A DNA stretch of 64,000 nt. Source: Gammaproteobacteria bacterium (lineage in GTDB: Bacteria > Pseudomonadota > Gammaproteobacteria > Eutrophobiales > Eutrophobiaceae). Position numbers and translations under genes: made by a program. Where the stretch lies: positions 32,001 through 96,000 of the forward strand of contig CBDEUK010000002.1 of assembly GCA_965243205.1 (NCBI GenBank). Direction: 5' to 3'. Within the stretch, counting starts at the first letter, position 1; the number at the start of each line of letters is the position of its first letter. Under the pieces are notes generated by a model. The model did not search any database, had not been told where the DNA came from, and was given only the letters and a program-made list of their open reading frames with translations. Below are positions 40,995 to 49,112 of this stretch, piece by piece.

Positions 40995-41184
40995 GATGCA
41001 CCCCCTTGGCCGACTTGCTGGCAATGTTCAGGCAGCCATGCTGGAAACAGCGCGGGTTTTCACACGTTACCCATAGTTCGCAGCGAAGCTGATCGGCGCA
41101 CGGGTCGGGCGGGGTTGGCTCGTAAACGGGATCGTTTGCCGCTTCAAGCGTGATGAGAACGGTGATGACTGGATAGTCAGACAT
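40987..41184 (-). CDS. Small Cys-rich hypothetical protein, first gene of the operon
   Basis: RBS AAGGAGG; five Cys (C-x5-C-x5-C-x4-C-x4-C); overlaps the next start. Confidence 0.5.
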   Translation of the reverse strand: MSDYPVITVLITLEAANDPVYEPTPPDPCADQLRCELWVTCENPRCFQHGCLNIASKSAKGVHHV

Positions 41185-41369
41185 TTAAAGCCTCCTTGCC
41201 CTGCCAAGCAGGGCATTTGAACGGGTTGTTCGGTTAAGAGGCTTTGCGCAAAGCTCGTAAGAAATACTATTTCAGGCGTAGAAAGCTGGGAAGCGAAAAG
41301 AACACTTCTGGTTAAGTTTAGCGTACCGACGTAAAATGCTAATTCGAATTAGATGGTTAGGTATGCCTC

Positions 41370-41990
41370 GTGCCTAGAAAACAGTGGGATCAGAAAAATC
41401 CGTATTGCAGACGATCAAAGCTCACCAAGGAGGCTTTTGAGCATGTCGTGTTGCACTACTTTATTGAAGTTACTTCAGGTCGAACACGAGACGTCTACGT
41501 TCAGCAGTTGAAGTCTGGGGCTAATGGATTTTCCATTACGCGCCAGACATTGAGCAGATATTTCGACATGATCGGTCAGTACATCTGGGACAATATGATC
41601 GTTCCGACCGATCCTGAGTACGAAGATAAACACGCGCTTGATCCGCTGCTTGATTTTGTCTACGGGAAAATCGAGCGCCTGCCGCGTAACTACAATTTAC
41701 TCTACCGATACATGGACGACTTTCCTGTCAAAGCAAAACATCCAGATTTGCCCGTTCAACGCACACTCATGTTTCATCTGTTGTTACAGCGCTCGAAAAC
41801 ACTGAGAGGCTTTTCGAAAAAGCAGTTCTATCTGGAGTTCAGCCGAATTTTCTTTATGTGTTTCGTTGTTGAACAAAAAGGGCTGGATATGAGTCGTAAC
41901 GATAATTTTCATGAATATTTTATGACGAAGAAGATCAATCAAGTAGCCTACACATGGATGATTAGAATTCTCCGAGAACATCCACTATAG
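41370..41990 (+). CDS. IS1595/IS1016-transposase-derived DNA-binding protein without a recognisable DDE core
   Basis: NPYCRRSKL, ITRQTLSRYF, and C-terminal RGFSKKQFYL...LREHPL resemble IS1016-type transposase ends; no VEVDE motif. Confidence 0.55.
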   Translation: MPRKQWDQKNPYCRRSKLTKEAFEHVVLHYFIEVTSGRTRDVYVQQLKSGANGFSITRQTLSRYFDMIGQYIWDNMIVPTDPEYEDKHALDPLLDFVYGKIERLPRNYNLLYRYMDDFPVKAKHPDLPVQRTLMFHLLLQRSKTLRGFSKKQFYLEFSRIFFMCFVVEQKGLDMSRNDNFHEYFMTKKINQVAYTWMIRILREHPL

Positions 41991-41991
41991 G

Positions 41992-42390
41992 TCAGGGTTC
42001 AAAATCAGGAGAGTCTTCTTCAGCTTCAGCCTTATAGACACGCTCAGCGAATTCCTGAAGATGTTCGGGCAGTTCCCACCCATCTTCTTCAGCGTCTATC
42101 TCTTCTTTCACCTTAAGCATCATATCCACGAGTTTTTGTGGAAACTGATATTCACCGCCTGCTATTTGTTGCGCGAGAGCGAAGCTCTGAAAATGTCTGA
42201 CTGTATCGTTTATTGGTTCGAGTTCACTTATCGCAGATCGAATTTCCGCCATTGAGAGCAAGTTTTTATATGCTTCAAGGTGCTCAGGTATTTCCTCGGC
42301 GCTTTCAAGGTCGGGGTTTTGTCTTGCCCAGTCTAAAAATGCTCTTTTGAATTCTTCTCTATAATCTGAACTTGTGTCTGTATCTGTCAT
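41992..42390 (-). CDS. Hypothetical acidic protein
   Basis: 132-aa ORF with RBS AAGGAAGG; contains two (I/L)PEHL repeats. Confidence 0.65.
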   Translation of the reverse strand: MTDTDTSSDYREEFKRAFLDWARQNPDLESAEEIPEHLEAYKNLLSMAEIRSAISELEPINDTVRHFQSFALAQQIAGGEYQFPQKLVDMMLKVKEEIDAEEDGWELPEHLQEFAERVYKAEAEEDSPDFEP

Positions 42391-42478
42391 CCATAACTGC
42401 CTTCCTTAGTTATGGATATCAGAAAAAGATTAAGAAATTCAATAAAAAAGCAAAGGTGCAGTATGGCCAGTAAACGCG

Positions 42479-42808
42479 CTACTTCTTTGATTTCGTTTCG
42501 GCCTCGGCAATTCGTTCTCTTAGATTTCGCAGGTGATATACGGTGCGCTTGCCTTTCTCCTGCTTTTCGCCGCTTTTCATGTGAGGAATTGTTTGCTCAA
42601 CATAGTCGGCCAGTTTGTCGATGGCTTCGGCGCTAGAAACTTTTCTATCGGAGGGTTGCTGCGATTCAAGATACCTTTTCATAGGCGCGAGGATTTGCTG
42701 GAAAGCGCGCACGTCGATCTGAATTTTCGGAGTTTCCTCAAGCTCAAGGTTATCGGCGATTTTGGAAAGAATTTCCTTGATATCGTTTGGATCAATCGGC
42801 TTTTTCAA
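42479..42808 (-). CDS. Hypothetical protein
   Basis: 109-aa ORF directly downstream of hipA; TTG start. Confidence 0.55.
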   Translation of the reverse strand: MKKPIDPNDIKEILSKIADNLELEETPKIQIDVRAFQQILAPMKRYLESQQPSDRKVSSAEAIDKLADYVEQTIPHMKSGEKQEKGKRTVYHLRNLRERIAEAETKSKK

Positions 42809-42817
42809 GGCAATTGC

Positions 42818-44077
42818 CTATTGTTCAGTCGAGTAGGGGTTTAGAAACTGCCGTCGCCAAAAAAGTTTCTTATCCACTTTGCTGAGTTCTGCTTCTTCGC
42901 AGACCGCGCCCCAATTGTTTTCAATCGTGCCTATCAGGTGTGCGAAGATGGCGCGGGCATCGTCGTCCGAAAGCAGGAAGTGGTTTGCCGCTTCAACACA
43001 GGATTTGAGTTGGCTCATATTATTGTTGCCCGATATCAGCATGGCCTGAGATGCCTCATTGCCTGCCCGCCCTTGCGGGCAAATGTCATATGCAGGCGTC
43101 AGAGTCAGCGATCCACCGTCCCAAAAGGCTGCGTGGTTGCGGGCGTGGTCATCGGTATTGCCGCACAGGATATTAAAAGCGAGCCGTGAGAACAGTTCCC
43201 GCAGCGTGTCTTTCGGATCGGTGAAACGGTGGCGAATAATCTCAGCCAGTGTTTCGTAACTGGCGTATCGCGCCATCATGTCGTCCAGTCCGAGCAACGT
43301 CAGTGCTGATACCATGGCCTTGCGAGACCAGTTTCCGCCTTTTGGTTGACGGTCGAAACGCTCGATCAGCAGCACGTCCTTGTTGGCGGCCTTGACCAGT
43401 TTGACTGGCGCGACATTCAATCCGGCAATGTCCGCCAGCCGCATAGCAATAAATTCGGCTTTGACGACGCTATAGAGGTCTGTACTGGATGAAAACTTGG
43501 CGACGTATTTCCTGCCCTGATCTTGAATCAACGCTTTTGGACGCGCCCCGCCAATGGAGCTGCCGTGGAACAACGCCTGATCCAGCTCAGGCGTCAATGG
43601 AACACCTTTCTCGACCCGTTCAGCGGACTCGATAAGCTCTTCCATACTGACGTTATTTGCAGAGCGCGGCACATACTCAGTTGGGGAGCGCTGAAAATCC
43701 AGCGCACCGATCCGGTCGGAGCCGGATTCCAGCAGATAGGTCAATTCGTCCAGCTCGGCTGTATCCGTATCAGCGCCTCTTAGTCCCAGCTTCTTGTTGA
43801 TAATCACGCGCCGACCCCACGCATCGGGAGCAGCGTCCCGAATACAGCCGGGCATGGTCAAACCTTCGGGCAACGGCAACGCTCCGGCTTGCAACGGCAA
43901 TTCAGGTTCGTAAATTGGCATTGCTGCGGGCTGGCCGCCAATACGGTCGAGGTAGCTCTTACCGTAGTTGAACAGAACATTGCCGTTATCCGCCTCCAGC
44001 CGTCCGGCGACCACTGGCGTGGTTTCGTCCGGCAGCCAAATCCAAACGAAGGCTTCTCTTTCGCTGTTAGAAGTCAT
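42818..44077 (-). CDS. hipA: HipA-family Ser/Thr kinase toxin
   Basis: DAAPDAWGR, DRIGAL, SIGGARPK, ERFDR, NTDDHARN, LTPAYD. Confidence 0.93.
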   Translation of the reverse strand: MTSNSEREAFVWIWLPDETTPVVAGRLEADNGNVLFNYGKSYLDRIGGQPAAMPIYEPELPLQAGALPLPEGLTMPGCIRDAAPDAWGRRVIINKKLGLRGADTDTAELDELTYLLESGSDRIGALDFQRSPTEYVPRSANNVSMEELIESAERVEKGVPLTPELDQALFHGSSIGGARPKALIQDQGRKYVAKFSSSTDLYSVVKAEFIAMRLADIAGLNVAPVKLVKAANKDVLLIERFDRQPKGGNWSRKAMVSALTLLGLDDMMARYASYETLAEIIRHRFTDPKDTLRELFSRLAFNILCGNTDDHARNHAAFWDGGSLTLTPAYDICPQGRAGNEASQAMLISGNNNMSQLKSCVEAANHFLLSDDDARAIFAHLIGTIENNWGAVCEEAELSKVDKKLFWRRQFLNPYSTEQ

Positions 44078-44405
44078 CGCGTACCGCCTTCGATTTCTTG
44101 CGAATGGACTTCGGTAGCAGTGCTAGTTTGTCCTTGGTCTGGTTCAGGTGTTTGGAAAGCGTGGTTTCATCAGCGTCAAAGAGCTTTACCCTGACAATGG
44201 TGGCCACTTCAAACATCGCGCCGATTTCGCACTTAAGGTCGCCTTTTTCAATGCGTTGCAGCAGACCTCTGGAAATGCCCGCACGGTCGGCCACTTCCTG
44301 AGCGGTTAGCTTGCGTTCTTTGCGTGCTTCACGGATCAGTGCGCCAAGCAATGCAGTTGCATCGCGGCTGTATCGAGAATAGGTACGTGTAATTGACTTT
44401 GGCAT
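44067..44405 (-). CDS. hipB: HipB-like XRE HTH antitoxin
   Basis: IREARKERKLTAQEVADRAGIS...RIEKG HTH; overlaps hipA. Confidence 0.85.
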   Translation of the reverse strand: MPKSITRTYSRYSRDATALLGALIREARKERKLTAQEVADRAGISRGLLQRIEKGDLKCEIGAMFEVATIVRVKLFDADETTLSKHLNQTKDKLALLPKSIRKKSKAVRDDF

Positions 44406-44416
44406 CGCTCAAAAAC

Positions 44417-44550
44417 TGATCTGTATATAGCCCACAAAACTGCCTCATGGGCTTTCTATGAACCAAAATAGTAGCTCTGAATGATTTTGTCAAGATAAAA
44501 ATGATCCTTATATAGATCATAAAACGCTTTTGTGATCTATATGTAGTGCA
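44417..44550. promoter_or_regulatory. Candidate HipB operator array (TGATC-N8-GATCA)
   Basis: Perfect ATGATC-CTTATATA-GATCAT at 44501-44520 plus degenerate copies at ~44417 and ~44533. Confidence 0.5.
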
Positions 44551-44553
44551 TTT

Positions 44554-45867
44554 CTAGTGAGTAGAGCTTATCGTCTCCACGACCAGAGCGATCTTCTGAA
44601 GCCATTTGAGCTTTTGCTTCAGACTCGGACCATCCCCATAACGGGGACGGTCGTAGCGATGTCCCATCAACGCAGCCTGAACCTTGTCAGGGGGTTCTAC
44701 GGCGGTCAGTCGATCTTCGAAGCTGTGGCGGAGGCTGTAAACGGTATGGTTTTCGCTCGGCAGTAAGCCGTGATCGCGAAGGTACTTATTCAAATTCGCT
44801 GATAGCTGGTCTGGTTTGCGGTAGTACCGATCAAAGCCGTTGCCTAATTCTCGGAAGGCATAGAGCGAAGCGCCGACCAGCGGAATTTGCCTCTTGCTGT
44901 AGCGATTCTTGATTTCTTTGGTTTCGTCAGGCCGGATAAAAATAAACGGAATTTCAGTATCCAGCCTAATATCTCCGGCTTCAGGGTTCAGGCCAACCAA
45001 CTCGGACGGCCTTGCCCCTGTATCGGCGAACGCAAAAAGGAAATACTTTGCTTCGCTGTTCAACCCCTTCAGATTTTTGTGATTGAGCAGTGTGTTGGCG
45101 ATAAAGTCCGTCTCAAACGGCTTTTTCTCACTGTCACCTTCTTTGAAGTGGATACGAGCAAAGAGCGCGTCCACATCAAAGGGGACATCCTTGTTATCTT
45201 GCGCAAAGGTGAGCAGGGACTTCAGATGCGTTAAATCCTTGTTCGGCGAATTGGGCGACATGCGTTCTTCCTGAAGGCGATCAGCCCACCATGCCCGAAA
45301 TGTCAGGATATGATCGCGGCTGATTTCATCGGCTGATAAATCGCCGCAAACGTTCAGAAAGTTCCGAAACGCCTTGATGCGCGGGTTTCTCCACTTGCGA
45401 AGCTGGTTCTCGGTCTTGCCGATCAGGTTCGGCTTCGTGAAGGCGTAGTAGTCTTCCCATAGTTCATCCAATGGCAAACGTGGCTTGTCGAAGACACCGA
45501 GCAATGCGCCTACTGTTTCCTCGTCCAGTGTTTCTTGCGCGGCGAGCGTGTTGGTTCGGTTGATGATCTTGTGCAGCTCGTCCTGCGCCAATTCATCGAC
45601 GGATTTGTATGAGAAGTCGTAAGCCTGCGCGATCTCAATCGCACGCTGAAAAGCCCGATCTTTATCGTAGGAGGGGCGGTCGGACAATCTCGACCATATT
45701 CTTTCGATTTCTTTGTCGAGAATAGAAGCGCGTTGTATAGCGACGGATTCTGCATCGGTCTTTAACGCTACTTGCAGAAACTGCTTTCCATTGTAGTGTT
45801 CTCGATGTTGTTTTGGTATTCGTCTCTTGTAGTGAAACCATTTCCCTATTTTTATGTATCGCCGCAT
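44554..45867 (-). CDS. Tyrosine integrase (N-terminal arm-binding-like domain)
   Basis: TGARPSE (R), YSLRH (HxxR variant), LMGH, RYG (catalytic Y); N-terminal HYKRRIP...VALKT. Confidence 0.92.
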   Translation of the reverse strand: MRRYIKIGKWFHYKRRIPKQHREHYNGKQFLQVALKTDAESVAIQRASILDKEIERIWSRLSDRPSYDKDRAFQRAIEIAQAYDFSYKSVDELAQDELHKIINRTNTLAAQETLDEETVGALLGVFDKPRLPLDELWEDYYAFTKPNLIGKTENQLRKWRNPRIKAFRNFLNVCGDLSADEISRDHILTFRAWWADRLQEERMSPNSPNKDLTHLKSLLTFAQDNKDVPFDVDALFARIHFKEGDSEKKPFETDFIANTLLNHKNLKGLNSEAKYFLFAFADTGARPSELVGLNPEAGDIRLDTEIPFIFIRPDETKEIKNRYSKRQIPLVGASLYAFRELGNGFDRYYRKPDQLSANLNKYLRDHGLLPSENHTVYSLRHSFEDRLTAVEPPDKVQAALMGHRYDRPRYGDGPSLKQKLKWLQKIALVVETISSTH

Positions 45868-46131
45868 GTGTCAAAAAACGTGTGAAAATTGTGTGAAAAT
45901 TTCAATATACAGCGAATACGTAAAGATACCCTTTACGTCAATGGCTTAATCGAAACACACAGTGAGCAAGCGTTTGGTTTTTAGCGGTGAATGTTGGGAA
46001 TTGTGTGAAAATGGCTCCCCGGGCCGGATTGGAAATGCTCTTTTGAGGCAGGCTAGAGCATTGAAATAGCTTTCTTATTATTCTTCGCTAAGTTTCTGTG
46101 TGTGAAAATTGTGTCAAAAAGTGTGTGAAAA
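45867..46131. other. Intact attP-like site of the tyrosine integrase: tRNA-Asn-like core flanked by arm repeats
   Basis: Seven direct TGTGT(G/C)AAAA-type repeats (triplets at 45867-45899 and 46099-46131, one at 46002). Core 46012-46034 is the reverse complement of TTCCAATCCGGCCCGGGGAGCCA. Confidence 0.75.
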
Positions 46132-46133
46132 AA

Positions 46134-46445
46134 TTATGTCGCTCTGCCCGTCATGAAAATTGTGGATAACCTTTCTTGAGCTACCTGTTTGGCAAGCTGC
46201 AACAGATCGTTTTGGTCTTCGTATTTCTTGACTTCGCGGTGAAGTCTTTCGAATAGTGGCAGGTATTTGTCACCATATTTGCTGACGATCCTCGCAAGTA
46301 ACTGGTACGCCTGAGCAACATCATTATAGTTGATGTCGCCTTTCTCCAGCCTTGCCTCAATTGTAGCGATCAGAGTGCTGCTTAATTCTTGGTGCGGCCT
46401 GCACTTCGATAAACAATATCTAAGACTCCAGTCGCTTCTTGCCAT
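46134..46445 (-). CDS. Hypothetical protein coupled to the AlpA-like gene
   Basis: TAATG overlap; YGDKYLPLFERL motif. Confidence 0.65.
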   Translation of the reverse strand: MARSDWSLRYCLSKCRPHQELSSTLIATIEARLEKGDINYNDVAQAYQLLARIVSKYGDKYLPLFERLHREVKKYEDQNDLLQLAKQVAQERLSTIFMTGRAT

Positions 46446-46768
46446 TAGGTGGCCTCCTGCTGGATAGACTGGTGGTATCGGTGAGGGTTCTTGATCCATT
46501 CGTGCAAGTCCCGCAGATAGAAGGCCTTGTAGTTTGAATTTCTTTTTCTGGATATCTTACGAGGCGCGGGAAAAGTACCGCACTCTATCCGGCGGTTAAT
46601 TTCTCGACGGGATATACCGCAGAGCTTCACGGCCAGCTTTATCGGTATCAGCGCATTGCTTTGAATCATCAAAGCGGCAGTGACTTGCGCTTCAAAATCG
46701 GCTTTGATACTTCTGCCCTTCAGAATCTCTTCCATGGTGCAATCCTTTCGCAAATTAACGAGCGGCAT
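46445..46768 (-). CDS. AlpA-family HTH regulator / excisionase (alternative start 46735)
   Basis: LCGISRREINRRI..G.FP.P..I...AF...DL.EWI. Confidence 0.78.
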   Translation of the reverse strand: MPLVNLRKDCTMEEILKGRSIKADFEAQVTAALMIQSNALIPIKLAVKLCGISRREINRRIECGTFPAPRKISRKRNSNYKAFYLRDLHEWIKNPHRYHQSIQQEAT

Positions 46769-47205
46769 TGCCGCTTATCTTCACTGCACCCATGTCTGAA
46801 AATGAGGCAAACCGTCAATGACGGGAAGTGGTTCGTGCTCTCGAAGAAGCCACACCTCTACCCTAATGCTACGCTGAGTCTCTTAATAATTCGTTAATAC
46901 CTGCCGAAAAATGCACGCTCACAGCGGCTTTCGATCTAGCGGGTCAGTTCAGAGCATGTCATTCAGTCCTTTTGCTTTGCGAACCGAAGAATAGTTATTT
47001 CGTGCCTTATTGCGTGAACGCTACCCGACAGGTGGCTCGAATCAAATCATTTTTCCCGTAAACGGCTGTAAAGGCGATAAATCGCCAACAGCCGCTAACA
47101 GTCCCCCACAAAATATTTTGACACGAGCCTATCTCCTGACGGGTTGATCGCTGTTCACAAGGCCGAAATACCTCGGTTCTTGAAACAAGCAAAAGGAGAT
47201 TACTC

Positions 47206-47436
47206 ATGACAACTCAAGAAAACACTGCAACGCAGAAAGCCAGCTCGAAGCCTACTCATAACCTTCGTAAGAAGATCGGCTACGGCAAGCAAACCGAATT
47301 CGAAACTATCGGTGTCGCATGGGCACGAGAAGACGGTGGCTTCTACGTCAAGCTCTACGGAACGCAGGTCATTGATGGCGGCTTTTACGCCGTTCCAGTG
47401 AAGCAGGATGCAGAAGAGACAGAGAGCGGCAACTAA
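47206..47436 (+). CDS. Small protein with IGVAW motif (DUF736-like, possibly ssDNA-binding)
   Basis: Strong RBS AAGGAG; ETIGVAW...GGFYVKL; followed by a terminator. Confidence 0.7.
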   Translation: MTTQENTATQKASSKPTHNLRKKIGYGKQTEFETIGVAWAREDGGFYVKLYGTQVIDGGFYAVPVKQDAEETESGN

Positions 47437-47449
47437 GCCGCTCTTTTTT
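47421..47449. terminator. Probable terminator between convergent genes
   Basis: AGAGCGGC-AACTAA-GCCGCTCT followed by a T run. Confidence 0.65.
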
Positions 47450-48254
47450 ACTGGAGTTTCGGGAGGCCATTACTGATGACATCTCGAAACAATCCGTCTA
47501 CGTCTGCACTTTCAGAAATTCCCGCAGAGATATTGATCATATGACTTTTTCCGAATTGATCGCCTAGGGTTGTGAACTCACTAGCCGTGCAAGAGTTCGG
47601 GTCATTTTCCCTCAAATTCGCGAGCGCAACATTCGTATGAATTATGCCAATGGAATGACCGAATTCGTGCGTAATTGTGTCTTGCACTTTTTCGAGCAAC
47701 GAAAATCGCTGGCTGACTGTGTGCTCCTGCATGAATCGCTGCGCACCCATGTCTATGCCAATGACTGGTTCAGATAGACTTGAATATGATTTTCTTCCTA
47801 ATTCGTCGAGTTCCTCATTGTCATTTGTTGGGAAACTGGCAAAGCCACTTATATGGCTATTGCCATCAAAAGCAAATATGCGTAGGTCGGGATTCTGGTC
47901 GATAGGTACGAATTCGATTTTCCCTGTGTACCAAAATCCAATCGCTTGCCGCACAGCGTCCTGAATGCCATTGGGGAAAGTGTCTGGCTCGCCCAGATCG
48001 AATTGCTTCTCGTCGAGATAAGAAGATAATTCTTCGGTCATTAGCTCAGGTGGAAAGTCGCCCTCTACAATTGCGATCTTCATTGTAGGGAGCGTCATAA
48101 GAGGCTTACCCGCAGGTTCGTCGCCATTCATCAGAATGCCGTGCTCCAGAACCGCCTGCCTACATTGATCACTAATATTCATAATTATGGATACTGTGAT
48201 TGCACGATCACTGTCAAGTTTTGACCACGGCCTAATGCCCCAGAGCGTTTTCAT
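47448..48254 (-). CDS. Metzincin-type zinc metalloprotease (matrixin-like)
   Basis: HEFGHSIGIIH (HExxHxxGxxH), upstream GFASFP, downstream SHM as a possible Met-turn. Confidence 0.75.
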   Translation of the reverse strand: MKTLWGIRPWSKLDSDRAITVSIIMNISDQCRQAVLEHGILMNGDEPAGKPLMTLPTMKIAIVEGDFPPELMTEELSSYLDEKQFDLGEPDTFPNGIQDAVRQAIGFWYTGKIEFVPIDQNPDLRIFAFDGNSHISGFASFPTNDNEELDELGRKSYSSLSEPVIGIDMGAQRFMQEHTVSQRFSLLEKVQDTITHEFGHSIGIIHTNVALANLRENDPNSCTASEFTTLGDQFGKSHMINISAGISESADVDGLFRDVISNGLPKLQ

Positions 48255-48917
48255 TGTTCGTCCTCGGAAAGGTGTCGGTATATATTCCTATTGCCGTCAG
48301 GTTAGTGCTTGGGGCATAGTCCGGCACAACCGTCATCGCGCATCTAGCATCTGTGTCTAACGGTGCGACGCGAGTGCAGCATAGTTTCGGTTTTGGCGAA
48401 AACCCGTGTCTGCGATGACCGCAAGATGTGTGCGTGTAGTACAAAATCTTCGATTTCGTCCTCCCCGCACCATCTTGGCAAGGGAGATAGCTAGCCGCTC
48501 TCCCGTTGCATCCCTCATGGCCGCTCTAGGCTTCAGCCGCAGGAAACCTGCATCTTCAGGCAAGAGCTGAGTGGTGCATACAAGGCATCGAGCCTTTGCT
48601 GCACCAGCGAACGTGTGGCCGTTCGATCACCATTGGGGAGTCTTCAGCGCTCCCGCAAACCCCATCGACCAGAGCTTGGAGAAGTGCCTCTCCATCTGGA
48701 CTGAACCATGCACCAACCGTCCGCCGTTTGGATACCGTGAACAGGTCGCTGTTCAATCACGACCAACCCTACGCGGATTGGATGCCGTAAGCGTTCTGCC
48801 GCTTAACCACAGCCAAGGAGCGTCCTTGGATGCGTGTATGACCGCTCATTTCGGCTCTAATTGTCTATTCCGTAATTTTCCATTATTCTCTCACCCATCA
48901 TTCGAGTGGATAAAAAA

Positions 48918-49100
48918 ATGAGTGATGAAATTATGACCTTGAAAGAGGTCGCTGAATATCTCAAGTTGAATGAGAAGACGGCATACCGTCTCGCCGCAGA
49001 AAACAAATTACCCGGCTTCAAAGCTGGTGGCAGTTGGCGCTTCAAACGGACAGATATTGAGCAGTGGATCGCCGCTCAAATATCGAATGAAAAAAAGTAA
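48918..49100 (+). CDS. Excisionase-like HTH_17 DNA-binding protein heading the defence operon
   Basis: IMTLKEVAEYLKL...YRL....LPGFK.GGSWRF. Confidence 0.85.
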   Translation: MSDEIMTLKEVAEYLKLNEKTAYRLAAENKLPGFKAGGSWRFKRTDIEQWIAAQISNEKK

Positions 49101-49112
49101 CGGGATAATTTG

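Noticed and set aside
46012-46034. tRNA-Asn gene on the minus strand
   Set aside because: Only ~23 nt of the 3' end matches; upstream sequence does not fold as a tRNA. Treated as an attP core.
48255-48905. Several overlapping short ORFs
   Set aside because: No recognisable motifs or convincing RBS; probably promoter or decayed DNA.
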